Positions 25,920 through 38,925 are shown, counted from the stretch's first letter. The stretch: 64,000 nt of DNA from Escherichia coli (GCF_965641715.1 NZ_OZ282453.1); one strand, 5' to 3'. Notes: generated from the letters alone by a model not told the origin. Numbers and translations are program-made.

Positions 25920-27077
25920 TTGTCAGAGACTGAAAAAGGGTTAAAAATCCTTGTTGATGAAAATATGCCTTATGCCCGCGACTTATTTAGCCGTTTGGGT
26001 GAGGTGACCGCGGTTCCCGGGCGTCCAATCCCCGTCGCTCAACTGGCAGACGCGGATGCGCTGATGGTGCGTTCGGTCACGAAAGTGAATGAATCTTTGC
26101 TGGCAGGAAAACCCATTAAATTTGTTGGCACTGCCACTGCGGGGACCGACCATGTCGATGAAGCATGGTTGAAGCAGGCGGGAATTGGTTTTTCCGCTGC
26201 ACCTGGCTGTAATGCGATTGCGGTGGTGGAATATGTTTTCTCCTCCCTGCTGATGCTTGCCGAACGCGATGGATTTTCACTGCACGAGCGTACCGTGGGG
26301 ATCGTGGGCGTTGGTAATGTTGGTCGGCGTTTACAGGCACGACTGGAAGCGTTAGGGATTAAAACCTTGCTTTGCGATCCGCCTCGCGCTGACCGTGGGG
26401 ATGAGGGTGATTTCCGCTCGCTGGATGAATTAGTTCAGCATGCGGATATTCTGACTTTCCATACGCCACTTTTCAAAGACGGGCCGTACAAAACGCTGCA
26501 TCTGGCGGATGAAAAACTGATCCGTAACCTGAAGCCAGGAGCGATTCTGATTAACGCCTGCCGTGGCGCAGTCGTCGATAATACCGCGCTGCTGACCTGC
26601 CTGAATGAAGGCCAGAAGTTAAGCGTAGTGCTGGATGTCTGGGAAGGCGAACCGGAACTTAACGTGGAGTTGCTGACAAAAGTGGATATCGGCACGCCGC
26701 ATATTGCAGGCTATACCCTGGAAGGTAAAGCACGCGGTACTACGCAAGTGTTTGAAGCCTATAGCAAGTTTATTGGGCATGAACAGCACGTTGCGCTGGA
26801 TACATTACTACCCGCGCCAGAGTTTGGTCGCATTACACTGCATGGCCCGCTCGATCAACCGACGCTGAAAAGGCTGGTGCATTTGGTGTATGATGTGCGC
26901 CGCGATGACGCACCGCTGCGTAAAGTCGCCGGGATACCGGGTGAGTTCGATAAACTGCGCAAAAACTATCTTGAGCGCCGTGAATGGTCATCTCTGTATG
27001 TAATTTGTGATGACGCCAGTGCGGCATCATTGCTGTGTAAACTGGGTTTTAACGCCGTTCATCATCCGGCACGTTAA
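25920..27077 (+). CDS. pdxB: Erythronate-4-phosphate dehydrogenase; start codon uncertain (TTG 25920 or ATG 25965)
   Basis: Near-identity over ...[21 protein letters not shown]... to E. coli PdxB as I recall it. Confidence 0.9.
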   Translation: MSETEKGLKILVDENMPYARDLFSRLGEVTAVPGRPIPVAQLADADALMVRSVTKVNESLLAGKPIKFVGTATAGTDHVDEAWLKQAGIGFSAAPGCNAIAVVEYVFSSLLMLAERDGFSLHERTVGIVGVGNVGRRLQARLEALGIKTLLCDPPRADRGDEGDFRSLDELVQHADILTFHTPLFKDGPYKTLHLADEKLIRNLKPGAILINACRGAVVDNTALLTCLNEGQKLSVVLDVWEGEPELNVELLTKVDIGTPHIAGYTLEGKARGTTQVFEAYSKFIGHEQHVALDTLLPAPEFGRITLHGPLDQPTLKRLVHLVYDVRRDDAPLRKVAGIPGEFDKLRKNYLERREWSSLYVICDDASAASLLCKLGFNAVHHPAR

Positions 27078-27142
27078 TCTCTTCTTCATGCTCTCTGCTG
27101 TAACATTGGCAGGGAGCTTTGCTATTTCTGGAGTAAACCACC

Positions 27143-28156
27143 ATGTCTGAAGGCTGGAACATTGCCGTCCTGGGCGCAACTGGCGCTGTGGGCGAAGCCC
27201 TGCTTGAAACGCTGGCTGAACGTCAGTTCCCGGTTGGGGAAATTTATGCACTGGCACGTAACGAAAGCGCAGGCGAACAACTGCGCTTTGGTGGTAAGAC
27301 AATCACCGTGCAGGATGCTGCTGAATTCGACTGGACGCAGGCGCAGCTGGCATTTTTTGTCGCAGGCAAAGAAGCTACCGCTGCCTGGGTTGAAGAAGCG
27401 ACCAACTCAGGTTGCCTGGTGATCGACAGCAGCGGACTGTTTGCTCTCGAACCCGACGTACCGCTGGTGGTGCCGGAAGTAAACCCGTTTGTACTGACCG
27501 ATTACCGCAACCGGAATGTCATCGCCGTACCGGACAGTCTGACCAGTCAGTTGCTGGCGGCACTGAAACCGTTAATCGATCAGGGCGGTTTATCACGTAT
27601 CAGCGTTACCAGCCTGATTTCAGCCTCCGCCCAGGGCAAAAAAGCGGTCGATGCGTTAGCGGGGCAGAGTGCGAAATTGCTCAACGGCATTCCGATTGAC
27701 GAAGAAGATTTCTTCGGGCGTCAGCTGGCGTTCAACATGCTGCCGTTACTGCCGGATAGCGAAGGTAGCGTGCGTGAAGAACGTCGTATCGTTGACGAAG
27801 TACGCAAAATCCTGCAGGACGAAGGGCTGATGATTTCGGCAAGCGTCGTCCAGGCACCGGTATTCTACGGTCATGCCCAGATGGTCAACTTTGAAGCACT
27901 GCGTCCGCTGGCGGCAGAAGAAGCGCGTGATGCGTTTTCTCAGGGCGAAGATATTGTGCTCTCTGAAGAGAACGAATTCCCGACTCAGGTAGGGGATGCT
28001 TCGGGTACGCCGCATCTTTCTGTTGGCTGTGTGCGTAATGACTACGGTATGCCGGAGCAAGTCCAGTTCTGGTCGGTGGCCGATAACGTTCGCTTTGGCG
28101 GCGCGCTGATGGCAGTAAAAATCGCCGAGAAACTGGTGCAGGAGTATCTGTACTAA
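27143..28156 (+). CDS. usg: USG-1 protein (aspartate-semialdehyde dehydrogenase paralogue)
   Basis: 337 aa; position between pdxB and truA. Confidence 0.9.
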
Positions 28157-28968
28157 TGTCCGACCAGCAACAACCGCCAGTTTATAAAATTGCGCTGGGC
28201 ATTGAGTACGACGGCAGTAGGTATTACGGCTGGCAACGGCAGAATGAAGTCCGCAGTGTGCAGGAGAAGCTGGAAAAGGCGCTCTCCCAGGTGGCGAACG
28301 AACCGATCACCGTCTTCTGCGCCGGGCGTACTGACGCAGGGGTACACGGTACCGGGCAGGTGGTGCATTTCGAAACAACCGCGCAGCGCAAAGACGCTGC
28401 GTGGACGTTGGGCGTAAATGCGAATTTACCTGGTGACATCGCCGTGCGTTGGGTTAAAGCTGTACCTGATGATTTTCATGCCCGATTTAGCGCCACGGCT
28501 CGCCGTTATCGCTACATCATCTACAATCATCGGCTGCGCCCGGCGGTACTGAGTAAAGGGGTAACCCATTTTTACGAACCGCTGGACGCTGAACGGATGC
28601 ATCGGGCTGCGCAATGCTTGCTGGGCGAGAATGATTTCACCTCGTTCCGTGCGGTGCAGTGCCAGTCCCGAACCCCGTGGCGCAACGTTATGCATATTAA
28701 TGTCACGCGTCACGGTCCTTATGTGGTGGTTGATATCAAAGCGAATGCCTTTGTACATCATATGGTCAGGAATATTGTCGGCAGCCTGATGGAAGTCGGT
28801 GCCCACAACCAGCCGGAGAGCTGGATAGCAGAGTTGCTGGCGGCAAAGGACAGAACGCTGGCGGCAGCAACGGCAAAAGCGGAAGGGCTGTATCTGGTCG
28901 CGGTGGATTACCCTGACCGGTATGATCTTCCAAAACCGCCAATGGGCCCGCTATTTCTGGCGGACTAA
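28156..28968 (+). CDS. truA: tRNA pseudouridine(38-40) synthase
   Basis: 270 aa; TruA sequence; conserved locus. Confidence 0.95.
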
Positions 28969-29050
28969 CGAGAATAATGCTCGGAACATTTCAGGCTGTA
29001 GCCAACGTAGTTACAGCCTGAAAGATGACGAGTACAAGGCATAGGCAAAT

Positions 29051-29710
29051 ATGGACCTGATTTATTTCCTCATCGATTTTATCCTGCACATTGACGTGCA
29101 TCTGGCAGAGCTGGTCGCGGAGTACGGCGTCTGGGTTTATGCCATTTTGTTCTTAATTTTGTTCTGTGAAACCGGTCTGGTGGTAACGCCGTTTTTACCG
29201 GGTGATTCATTGCTGTTTGTTGCCGGAGCGTTGGCATCACTGGAAACCAACGATCTCAACGTCCATATGATGGTGGTGCTGATGCTGATCGCCGCGATTG
29301 TGGGTGACGCGGTCAATTACACTATCGGGCGGTTGTTCGGTGAAAAGTTATTCAGTAATCCCAATTCGAAAATTTTCCGTCGCAGTTATCTCGACAAAAC
29401 CCATCAGTTTTATGAGAAACATGGCGGCAAAACGATTATTCTCGCCCGTTTTGTGCCGATCGTCAGAACGTTCGCCCCGTTTGTTGCGGGAATGGGCCAC
29501 ATGTCGTACCGTCATTTCGCTGCTTATAACGTGATCGGCGCACTGTTGTGGGTACTGCTTTTTACCTACGCAGGCTATTTCTTCGGTACAATCCCGATGG
29601 TTCAGGATAACCTTAAGCTGCTGATCGTCGGGATTATTGTGGTTTCTATTTTGCCGGGCGTCATCGAAATAATCCGTCACAAACGCGCTGCGGCACGCGC
29701 CGCAAAATAA
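29051..29710 (+). CDS. dedA: DedA-family inner membrane protein
   Basis: 219 aa hydrophobic; conserved locus. Confidence 0.9.
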   Translation: MDLIYFLIDFILHIDVHLAELVAEYGVWVYAILFLILFCETGLVVTPFLPGDSLLFVAGALASLETNDLNVHMMVVLMLIAAIVGDAVNYTIGRLFGEKLFSNPNSKIFRRSYLDKTHQFYEKHGGKTIILARFVPIVRTFAPFVAGMGHMSYRHFAAYNVIGALLWVLLFTYAGYFFGTIPMVQDNLKLLIVGIIVVSILPGVIEIIRHKRAAARAAK

Positions 29711-29865
29711 AAAGTAACTCCGCGGTTCGACCACTTTTTTATCCAAAGTTTCGGGCTGTTATGTTTTAATGTGCAACATTCATGGTCTGTTGGGGGCAAA
29801 AATGGCATTATGCGTCCCCAAAGATAAAACTGGCATCGAACCAGGTTCAGACAGAAAGGTCCCTA

Positions 29866-30780
29866 ATGAGCTGGATTGAACGAATTAAAAGCAACATTAC
29901 TCCCACCCGCAAGGCGAGCATTCCTGAAGGGGTGTGGACTAAGTGTGATAGCTGCGGTCAGGTTTTATACCGCGCTGAGCTGGAACGTAATCTTGAGGTC
30001 TGTCCGAAGTGTGACCATCACATGCGTATGACAGCGCGTAATCGCCTGCATAGCCTGTTAGATGAAGGAAGCCTTGTGGAGCTGGGTAGCGAGCTTGAGC
30101 CGAAAGATGTGCTGAAGTTTCGTGACTCCAAGAAGTATAAAGACCGTCTGGCATCTGCGCAGAAAGAAACCGGCGAAAAAGATGCGCTGGTGGTGATGAA
30201 AGGCACTCTGTATGGAATGCCGGTTGTCGCTGCGGCATTCGAGTTCGCCTTTATGGGCGGTTCAATGGGGTCTGTTGTGGGTGCACGTTTCGTGCGTGCC
30301 GTTGAGCAGGCGCTGGAAGATAACTGCCCGCTGATCTGCTTCTCCGCCTCTGGTGGCGCACGTATGCAGGAAGCACTGATGTCGCTGATGCAGATGGCGA
30401 AAACCTCTGCGGCACTGGCAAAAATGCAGGAGCGCGGCTTGCCGTACATCTCCGTGCTGACCGACCCGACGATGGGCGGTGTTTCTGCAAGTTTCGCCAT
30501 GCTGGGCGATCTCAACATCGCTGAACCTAAAGCGTTAATCGGCTTTGCCGGTCCGCGTGTTATCGAACAGACCGTTCGCGAAAAACTGCCGCCAGGATTC
30601 CAGCGCAGTGAATTCCTGATCGAGAAAGGCGCGATCGACATGATCGTCCGTCGTCCGGAAATGCGCCTGAAACTGGCGAGCATTCTGGCGAAGTTGATGA
30701 ATCTGCCAGCGCCGAATCCTGAAGCGCCGCGTGAAGGCGTAGTGGTACCCCCGGTACCGGATCAGGAACCTGAGGCCTGA
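29866..30780 (+). CDS. accD: Acetyl-CoA carboxylase carboxyltransferase beta subunit
   Basis: Starts [18 protein letters not shown]... with the CDSCGQ...CPKCDHH zinc finger; the track ORF is extended upstream to 29782. Confidence 0.95.
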
Positions 30781-30790
30781 TAACTGATAA

Positions 30791-30817
30791 GGGCAGGGCC
30801 ACTGGCTCTGCCCTTTT
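30791..30817 (+). terminator. Possible intrinsic terminator after accD
   Basis: GGGCAGGGCC/GGCTCTGCCC stem followed by TTTT. Confidence 0.4.
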
Positions 30818-30849
30818 GCTATTCTCACCGTAACGAATCAGCGGATACC

Positions 30850-32118
30850 ATGATTATCAAACGCACTCCTCAAGCCGCGTCGCCTCTGGCTTCGTGGCTT
30901 TCTTATCTGGAAAACCTGCACAGTAAAACTATCGATCTCGGCCTTGAGCGCGTGAGCCAGGTCGCGGCGCGTCTTGGCGTTCTGAAACCAGCGCCATTTG
31001 TGTTTACCGTTGCGGGTACGAATGGCAAAGGCACCACCTGCCGTACGCTGGAGTCGATTCTGATGGCGGCAGGGTACAAAGTGGGCGTCTACAGTTCGCC
31101 TCATCTGGTGCGTTATACCGAGCGCGTACGTGTGCAGGGTCAGGAATTGCCGGAATCGGCCCACACCGCCTCTTTTGCGGAGATTGAATCGGCACGCGGT
31201 GATATTTCCCTGACCTATTTCGAGTACGGTACGCTGTCGGCGTTGTGGCTGTTCAAACAGGCACAACTTGACGTGGTGATTCTGGAAGTAGGGCTGGGCG
31301 GTCGTCTGGACGCAACCAATATTGTCGACGCCGATGTCGCGGTAGTAACCAGTATTGCGCTGGATCATACCGACTGGCTGGGGCCAGATCGCGAAAGTAT
31401 TGGTCGCGAGAAAGCAGGCATCTTTCGCAGCGAAAAACCGGCAATTGTCGGTGAGCCGGAAATGCCTTCTACCATTGCTGATGTGGCGCAGGAAAAAGGT
31501 GCACTGTTACAACGTCGGGGCGTTGAGTGGAACTATTCCGTCACCGATCATGACTGGGCGTTTAGCGATGCTCACGGCACGCTGGAAAATCTGCCGTTGC
31601 CGCTTGTCCCGCAACCGAATGCCGCAACAGCGCTGGCGGCACTGCGTGCCAGCGGGCTGGAGGTCAGTGAAAATGCCATTCGTGACGGGATTGCCAGCGC
31701 AATTTTGCCGGGACGTTTCCAGATTGTGAGCGAGTCGCCACGCGTTATTTTTGATGTCGCGCATAATCCACATGCGGCGGAATATCTCACCGGGCGTATG
31801 AAAGCGCTACCGAAAAACGGGCGCGTGCTGGCGGTTATCGGTATGCTACATGATAAAGATATTGCCGGAACTCTGGCCTGGTTGAAAAGCGTGGTTGATG
31901 ACTGGTATTGTGCGCCACTGGAAGGGCCGCGCGGTGCCACGGCAGAACAACTGCTTGAGCATTTGGGTAACGGCAAATCATTTGATAGCGTTGCGCAGGC
32001 ATGGGATGCCGCAATGGCGGACGCTAAAGCGGAAGACACCGTGCTGGTGTGTGGTTCGTTCCACACGGTCGCACATGTCATGGAAGTGATTGACGCGAGG
32101 AGAAGCGGTGGCAAGTAA
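30850..32118 (+). CDS. folC: Dihydrofolate synthase / folylpolyglutamate synthase
   Basis: 422 aa; FolC sequence; conserved locus. Confidence 0.95.
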   Translation: MIIKRTPQAASPLASWLSYLENLHSKTIDLGLERVSQVAARLGVLKPAPFVFTVAGTNGKGTTCRTLESILMAAGYKVGVYSSPHLVRYTERVRVQGQELPESAHTASFAEIESARGDISLTYFEYGTLSALWLFKQAQLDVVILEVGLGGRLDATNIVDADVAVVTSIALDHTDWLGPDRESIGREKAGIFRSEKPAIVGEPEMPSTIADVAQEKGALLQRRGVEWNYSVTDHDWAFSDAHGTLENLPLPLVPQPNAATALAALRASGLEVSENAIRDGIASAILPGRFQIVSESPRVIFDVAHNPHAAEYLTGRMKALPKNGRVLAVIGMLHDKDIAGTLAWLKSVVDDWYCAPLEGPRGATAEQLLEHLGNGKSFDSVAQAWDAAMADAKAEDTVLVCGSFHTVAHVMEVIDARRSGGK

Positions 32119-32770
32119 GTTTCAGAATCGGTTAGTGGGCACGATCGTGCTGGTGGCGCTGGGGGTGATTGTACTTCCAGGGCTGCTGGACGGGCAGAAA
32201 AAACATTATCAGGATGAGTTTGCGGCTATCCCGCTGGTGCCAAAAGCGGGCGATCGCGATGAGCCTGATATGATGCCAGCCGCCACCCAGGCGTTGCCGA
32301 CGCAGCCGCCGGAAGGCGCAGCGGAAGAGGTGCGGGCAGGTGATGCCGCAGCACCGTCGCTCGATCCGGCCACTATTGCAGCCAATAACACCGAGTTTGA
32401 ACCGGAACCTGCACCGGTCGCCCCACCGAAGCCGAAACCGGTGGAGCCGCCTAAGCCGAAGGTTGAAGCACCACCTGCGCCGAAGCCAGAACCGAAGCCG
32501 GTCGTGGAAGAAAAAGCAGCGCCAACGGGTAAAGCCTATGTTGTGCAACTGGGCGCGCTGAAAAATGCCGATAAAGTGAATGAGATTGTCGGTAAGCTGC
32601 GCGGTGCCGGTTATCGGGTTTATACGTCGCCATCCACGCCAGTGCAGGGTAAAATTACCCGTATTCTGGTTGGGCCAGATGCCTCGAAAGATAAGCTGAA
32701 AGGATCGCTTGGCGAACTGAAGCAGATCTCTGGTTTGAGCGGCGTGGTGATGGGCTACACGCCGAATTAA
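32108..32770 (+). CDS. dedD: Cell division protein DedD (SPOR domain); GTG start at 32108
   Basis: Matches DedD from ...ASKFQNRLVGTIVLVALGVIVLPG...; Pro/Ala-rich linker. Confidence 0.9.
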   Translation: MASKFQNRLVGTIVLVALGVIVLPGLLDGQKKHYQDEFAAIPLVPKAGDRDEPDMMPAATQALPTQPPEGAAEEVRAGDAAAPSLDPATIAANNTEFEPEPAPVAPPKPKPVEPPKPKVEAPPAPKPEPKPVVEEKAAPTGKAYVVQLGALKNADKVNEIVGKLRGAGYRVYTSPSTPVQGKITRILVGPDASKDKLKGSLGELKQISGLSGVVMGYTPN

Positions 32771-32779
32771 TACGGTTTT

Positions 32780-33230
<451 letters not shown>

Positions 33231-33392
33231 CATTGCACGATGCCGCAAAGGCATAAAAAGTCGATGGCGTTGAATATTTTTTCAGCGCCATTTTTATTGA
33301 TGCGCGGGAAGGAAATCCCTACGCAAACGTTTTCTTTTTCTGTTAGAATGCGCCCCGAACAGGATGACAGGGCGTAAAATCGTGGGACACAT

Positions 33393-33881
33393 ATGGTCTG
33401 GATTGATTACGCCATAATCGCGGTGATTGCTTTTTCCTCTCTGGTTAGCCTGATCCGCGGCTTTGTTCGTGAAGCGTTATCGCTGGTGACATGGGGGTGT
33501 GCTTTCTTTGTTGCCAGTCATTACTACACTTACCTGTCAGTCTGGTTTACGGGCTTTGAAGACGAACTGGTTCGAAATGGGATTGCCATCGCGGTACTAT
33601 TTATCGCTACCCTGATCGTTGGTGCTATTGTGAACTTCGTGATAGGCCAGCTGGTGGAGAAAACGGGGTTGTCAGGCACCGACCGGGTGCTGGGCGTCTG
33701 TTTCGGTGCGTTGCGCGGTGTGTTGATTGTTGCTGCCATTCTCTTCTTTCTCGACTCCTTTACCGGGGTGTCGAAAAGCGAAGACTGGAGCAAATCACAG
33801 CTGATCCCGCAGTTCAGTTTTATCATCAGATGGTTTTTTGATTATCTGCAAAGCTCGTCAAGTTTCTTGCCCAGAGCGTAA
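33393..33881 (+). CDS. cvpA: Colicin V production membrane protein
   Basis: 162 aa; conserved locus upstream of purF. Confidence 0.9.
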   Translation: MVWIDYAIIAVIAFSSLVSLIRGFVREALSLVTWGCAFFVASHYYTYLSVWFTGFEDELVRNGIAIAVLFIATLIVGAIVNFVIGQLVEKTGLSGTDRVLGVCFGALRGVLIVAAILFFLDSFTGVSKSEDWSKSQLIPQFSFIIRWFFDYLQSSSSFLPRA

Positions 33882-33917
33882 GTGCTCTGAGATGTGGCTT
33901 AACGAGGAAAAAGACGT

Positions 33918-35435
33918 ATGTGCGGTATTGTCGGTATCGCCGGTGTTATGCCGGTTAACCAGTCGATTTATGATGCCTTAACGGTGCTTCAGCATCGCGG
34001 TCAGGATGCCGCCGGCATCATCACCATAGATGCCAATAACTGCTTCCGTTTGCGTAAAGCGAACGGGCTGGTGAGCGATGTATTTGAAGCTCGCCATATG
34101 CAGCGTTTGCAGGGCAATATGGGCATTGGTCATGTGCGTTACCCCACGGCTGGCAGCTCCAGCGCCTCTGAAGCGCAGCCGTTTTACGTTAACTCCCCGT
34201 ATGGCATTACGCTTGCCCACAACGGCAATCTGACCAACGCTCACGAGTTGCGTAAAAAACTGTTTGAAGAAAAACGCCGCCACATCAACACCACTTCCGA
34301 CTCGGAAATTCTGCTTAATATCTTCGCCAGCGAGCTGGACAACTTCCGCCACTACCCGCTGGAAGCCGACAACATTTTCGCCGCCATCGCTGCTACAAAC
34401 CGCTTAATCCGCGGCGCGTATGCCTGTGTGGCGATGATTATCGGCCACGGTATGGTTGCTTTCCGCGATCCAAACGGTATTCGTCCGCTGGTTCTGGGAA
34501 AACGTGATATTGACGAGAACCGCACAGAATATATGGTCGCTTCCGAAAGCGTAGCGCTCGATACGCTGGGCTTTGATTTCCTGCGTGATGTCGCGCCGGG
34601 CGAAGCGATTTACATCACTGAAGAAGGGCAGTTGTTTACCCGTCAATGTGCTGACAATCCGGTCAGCAATCCGTGCCTGTTTGAGTATGTATACTTTGCT
34701 CGCCCGGACTCGTTCATCGACAAAATTTCCGTTTACAGCGCGCGTGTGAATATGGGCACGAAACTGGGCGAGAAAATTGCCCGCGAATGGGAAGATCTGG
34801 ATATCGACGTGGTGATCCCGATCCCGGAAACCTCGTGTGATATCGCGCTGGAAATTGCTCGTATTCTGGGCAAACCGTACCGCCAGGGCTTCGTTAAAAA
34901 CCGCTATGTTGGCCGCACCTTCATCATGCCGGGCCAGCAGCTGCGTCGTAAGTCCGTGCGCCGTAAACTGAACGCCAACCGCGCCGAGTTCCGCGATAAA
35001 AACGTCCTGCTGGTCGACGACTCCATCGTCCGTGGCACCACTTCTGAGCAGATTATCGAGATGGCACGCGAAGCCGGAGCGAAGAAAGTGTACCTCGCTT
35101 CTGCGGCACCGGAAATTCGCTTCCCGAACGTTTATGGTATTGATATGCCGAGCGCCACGGAACTGATCGCTCACGGTCGCGAAGTAGATGAAATTCGCCA
35201 GATCATCGGTGCTGACGGGTTGATTTTCCAGGATCTGAACGATCTGATCGAAGCCGTTCGCGCTGAAAACCCGGATATCCAGCAGTTTGAATGCTCGGTG
35301 TTCAACGGCGTCTACGTCACCAAAGATGTTGATCAGGGCTACCTCGATTTCCTCGATACTTTACGTAATGACGACGCCAAAGCAGTGCAACGTCAGAACG
35401 AAGTGGAAAATCTCGAAATGCATAACGAAGGATGA
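33918..35435 (+). CDS. purF: Amidophosphoribosyltransferase
   Basis: 505 aa; starts MCGIVGIAG... Confidence 0.95.
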   Translation: MCGIVGIAGVMPVNQSIYDALTVLQHRGQDAAGIITIDANNCFRLRKANGLVSDVFEARHMQRLQGNMGIGHVRYPTAGSSSASEAQPFYVNSPYGITLAHNGNLTNAHELRKKLFEEKRRHINTTSDSEILLNIFASELDNFRHYPLEADNIFAAIAATNRLIRGAYACVAMIIGHGMVAFRDPNGIRPLVLGKRDIDENRTEYMVASESVALDTLGFDFLRDVAPGEAIYITEEGQLFTRQCADNPVSNPCLFEYVYFARPDSFIDKISVYSARVNMGTKLGEKIAREWEDLDIDVVIPIPETSCDIALEIARILGKPYRQGFVKNRYVGRTFIMPGQQLRRKSVRRKLNANRAEFRDKNVLLVDDSIVRGTTSEQIIEMAREAGAKKVYLASAAPEIRFPNVYGIDMPSATELIAHGREVDEIRQIIGADGLIFQDLNDLIEAVRAENPDIQQFECSVFNGVYVTKDVDQGYLDFLDTLRNDDAKAVQRQNEVENLEMHNEG

Positions 35436-35529
35436 TGCCTTCGCTCAGGGTGTCGGTCTGGCACCCTGACTTGCAACTCCCGCCGAAATCCTGCAAAGTC
35501 TGCCTGCAAGTCTGACAGGGCAACTATTT

Positions 35530-36099
35530 ATGAAACGACTCATTGTAGGCATCAGCGGTGCCAGCGGCGCGATTTATGGCGTGCGTCTATTACAGGTTCT
35601 GCGCGATGTCACAGATATCGAAACGCATCTGGTGATGAGCCAGGCGGCGCGCCAGACCTTATCCCTCGAAACGGATTTTTCCCTGCGCGAAGTGCAGGCA
35701 TTAGCTGATGTCACGCATGATGCGCGCGATATTGCCGCCAGCATCTCTTCCGGTTCTTTCCAGACACTGGGGATGGTGATTTTACCCTGTTCAATCAAAA
35801 CCCTGTCCGGCATTGTCCATAGCTATACTGATGGCTTACTGACCCGTGCGGCAGATGTTGTGCTGAAAGAGCGTCGCCCGTTGGTGCTCTGCGTGCGTGA
35901 AACACCATTGCACTTAGGCCATCTGCGTTTAATGACGCAGGCAGCAGAAATCGGTGCGGTGATTATGCCTCCCGTTCCGGCGTTTTATCATCGCCCGCAA
36001 TCCCTTGATGATGTGATAAATCAGACGGTTAATCGTGTTCTTGACCAGTTTGCGATAACCCTTCCTGAAGATCTCTTTGCCCGCTGGCAGGGCGCATAA
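35530..36099 (+). CDS. ubiX: Flavin prenyltransferase UbiX
   Basis: 189 aa; UbiX sequence. Confidence 0.95.
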   Translation: MKRLIVGISGASGAIYGVRLLQVLRDVTDIETHLVMSQAARQTLSLETDFSLREVQALADVTHDARDIAASISSGSFQTLGMVILPCSIKTLSGIVHSYTDGLLTRAADVVLKERRPLVLCVRETPLHLGHLRLMTQAAEIGAVIMPPVPAFYHRPQSLDDVINQTVNRVLDQFAITLPEDLFARWQGA

Positions 36100-36280
36100 C
36101 TCCGCTGTTGCCCTGTTTCAGGGCAATTTTGCAACCGCGATCAAATCCTCGACATTTTGTTTCTGCCATTCAATCGAAACGCTGCGATTCAACCGCTATA
36201 CCTGCTATCTTCAACTTTAGGACAATAATGCAACGTCTTATTAACATATTTAACGTTGAATGTTACTGTTGTCGTCAAGA

Positions 36281-36296
36281 TGGCATAAGACCTGCA
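36281..36296 (+). promoter_or_regulatory. Sigma-54 (-24/-12) promoter of argT
   Basis: TGGCATAAGACCTGCA fits TGGCAC-N5-TTGCA with GG and GC 12 nt apart, 68 bp upstream of the argT ATG; argT is known to be nitrogen-regulated. Confidence 0.6.
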
Positions 36297-36363
36297 TGAA
36301 AGAGCCTGCAAACACACAACACAATACACAACATAAAAAGCCATTTTCACTTGAGGGTTATGT

Positions 36364-37146
36364 ATGAAGAAGTCGATTCTCGCTCTGTCTTTGTTAGTCG
36401 GTCTCTCCGCAGCGGCTTCCAGCTATGCGGCGCTACCGGAGACGGTACGTATCGGAACCGATACCACCTATGCGCCGTTCTCGTCGAAAGATGCTAAAGG
36501 TGATTTTGTTGGCTTTGATATCGATCTCGGTAACGAGATGTGCAAACGGATGCAGGTGAAATGTACCTGGGTTGCCAGTGACTTTGACGCGCTGATCCCC
36601 TCACTGAAAGCGAAAAAAATCGACGCCATTATTTCGTCGCTCTCCATTACCGATAAACGTCAGCAGGAGATTGCTTTCTCCGACAAGTTGTACGCCGCAG
36701 ATTCTCGTTTGATTGCCGCCAAAGGTTCGCCGATTCAGCCAACGCTGGATTCACTGAAAGGTAAACATGTTGGTGTGCTGCAGGGATCAACCCAGGAAGC
36801 TTACGCTAACGAGACCTGGCGTAGCAAAGGTGTGGATGTGGTGGCCTATGCCAACCAGGATTTGGTCTATTCCGATCTGGCTGCAGGACGTCTGGATGCT
36901 GCACTGCAGGATGAAGTTGCTGCCAGCGAAGGATTCCTCAAACAACCTGCTGGTAAAGACTTCGCCTTTGCTGGCTCATCAGTGAAAGACAAAAAATACT
37001 TCGGTGACGGCACCGGTGTAGGGCTACGTAAAGATGATGCTGAACTGACGGCTGCCTTCAATAAGGCGCTTGGCGAGCTGCGTCAGGACGGCACCTACGA
37101 CAAGATGGCGAAAAAGTATTTTGACTTTAATGTCTACGGTGACTGA
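36364..37146 (+). CDS. argT: Lysine/arginine/ornithine-binding periplasmic protein
   Basis: 260 aa with signal peptide; ArgT sequence. Confidence 0.95.
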   Translation: MKKSILALSLLVGLSAAASSYAALPETVRIGTDTTYAPFSSKDAKGDFVGFDIDLGNEMCKRMQVKCTWVASDFDALIPSLKAKKIDAIISSLSITDKRQQEIAFSDKLYAADSRLIAAKGSPIQPTLDSLKGKHVGVLQGSTQEAYANETWRSKGVDVVAYANQDLVYSDLAAGRLDAALQDEVAASEGFLKQPAGKDFAFAGSSVKDKKYFGDGTGVGLRKDDAELTAAFNKALGELRQDGTYDKMAKKYFDFNVYGD

Positions 37147-37366
37147 TACGTCGCAGGGAAGCTGTACCTGATGGAATGATCATCATGGTGCACGCCAGGT
37201 TTGTTGCACTATCGTGGTGCATTGAAATGCATACTTAAGCATTTTTAATGAAAAATAATACGTCTAACGGGGCGGGATATTTTGCCTTGATGGTCAATTT
37301 TATGGCACGATAAGTGTAACAAACCTGTAAATATTCCCTATAAAAAGACTGTCAGTTGAGGACATT

Positions 37367-38149
37367 ATGAAAAAACTGGTGCTATCGCTCTCTCTGGTTC
37401 TGGCCTTCTCCAGCGCAACTGCGGCATTTGCTGCGATTCCGCAAAACATCCGCATCGGTACCGACCCGACCTATGCGCCATTTGAATCAAAAAATTCACA
37501 AGGCGAACTGGTTGGTTTCGATATCGATCTAGCGAAGGAGTTGTGCAAACGCATCAATACGCAATGTACGTTTGTCGAAAACCCACTGGATGCGTTAATC
37601 CCGTCCTTAAAAGCGAAGAAGATTGACGCCATCATGTCATCGCTTTCCATTACGGAAAAACGTCAGCAAGAAATAGCCTTCACCGACAAACTGTACGCTG
37701 CCGATTCTCGTCTGGTGGTGGCGAAAAATTCCGACATTCAGCCGACAGTCGAGTCGCTGAAAGGCAAACGGGTAGGCGTATTGCAGGGCACCACCCAGGA
37801 GACGTTCGGTAATGAACATTGGGCACCAAAAGGCATTGAAATCGTCTCGTATCAGGGGCAGGACAACATTTATTCTGACCTGACTGCCGGACGTATTGAT
37901 GCCGCGTTCCAGGATGAGGTCGCTGCCAGCGAAGGTTTCCTCAAACAACCTGTCGGTAAAGATTACAAATTCGGTGGCCCGTCTGTTAAAGATGAAAAAC
38001 TGTTTGGCGTAGGGACCGGCATGGGCCTACGTAAAGAAGATAACGAACTGCGCGAGGCACTGAACAAAGCCTTTGCCGAAATGCGCGCTGACGGTACTTA
38101 CGAGAAATTAGCGAAAAAGTACTTCGATTTTGATGTTTATGGTGGCTAA
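37367..38149 (+). CDS. hisJ: Histidine-binding periplasmic protein
   Basis: 260 aa; HisJ sequence; paralogue of argT. Confidence 0.95.
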   Translation: MKKLVLSLSLVLAFSSATAAFAAIPQNIRIGTDPTYAPFESKNSQGELVGFDIDLAKELCKRINTQCTFVENPLDALIPSLKAKKIDAIMSSLSITEKRQQEIAFTDKLYAADSRLVVAKNSDIQPTVESLKGKRVGVLQGTTQETFGNEHWAPKGIEIVSYQGQDNIYSDLTAGRIDAAFQDEVAASEGFLKQPVGKDYKFGGPSVKDEKLFGVGTGMGLRKEDNELREALNKAFAEMRADGTYEKLAKKYFDFDVYGG

Positions 38150-38238
38150 TCGCCATCGGTGAAAGAAAGCCCGCTCCCTTCGGGTAACCGGAGGGAGACA
38201 AGAGGCGGTAATTCACCACACACGACAGGACAGGCTGC

Positions 38239-38925
38239 ATGTTGTATGGGTTTTCAGGTGTTATTTTACAGGGTGCGCTCGTCACGCTGGAGCTGGCTAT
38301 CAGCTCTGTAGTGCTCGCTGTAATCATCGGTTTAATTGGCGCTGGCGGTAAGCTCTCGCAAAATCGGCTTTCGGGGCTGATTTTCGAAGGGTACACCACG
38401 CTGATTCGTGGCGTGCCGGACTTAGTGTTGATGCTGCTGATTTTCTACGGTTTGCAGATTGCGCTAAACACGGTGACGGAGGCGATGGGCGTCGGGCAGA
38501 TTGATATCGATCCGATGGTCGCTGGTATTATCACTCTCGGTTTTATCTACGGTGCTTATTTTACCGAAACGTTCCGTGGTGCTTTTATGGCAGTGCCGAA
38601 AGGACATATAGAGGCGGCAACGGCGTTCGGTTTTACTCGTGGGCAAGTGTTTCGGCGGATCATGTTTCCGGCGATGATGCGTTACGCCCTGCCAGGCATT
38701 GGCAACAACTGGCAGGTGATCCTCAAATCTACCGCACTGGTTTCGTTACTCGGCCTGGAAGATGTGGTCAAAGCCACGCAGCTGGCAGGCAAAAGTACCT
38801 GGGAACCGTTCTATTTCGCTATCGTCTGTGGCGTGATTTACCTGGTTTTCACCACCGTTTCCAATGGTGTGCTGCTGTTCCTTGAGCGCCGCTACTCCGT
38901 GGGTGTGAAGAGGGCTGACCTGTGA
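38239..38925 (+). CDS. hisQ: Histidine ABC transporter permease
   Basis: 228 aa. Confidence 0.95.
   Translation: MLYGFSGVILQGALVTLELAISSVVLAVIIGLIGAGGKLSQNRLSGLIFEGYTTLIRGVPDLVLMLLIFYGLQIALNTVTEAMGVGQIDIDPMVAGIITLGFIYGAYFTETFRGAFMAVPKGHIEAATAFGFTRGQVFRRIMFPAMMRYALPGIGNNWQVILKSTALVSLLGLEDVVKATQLAGKSTWEPFYFAIVCGVIYLVFTTVSNGVLLFLERRYSVGVKRADL

Noticed and set aside
28990-29022. Hairpin after truA (TCAGGCTGTA...TACAGCCTGA) as a terminator
   Set aside because: No T-run follows; it may be an RNA-stabilising or REP-like element, but terminator function is unsupported.
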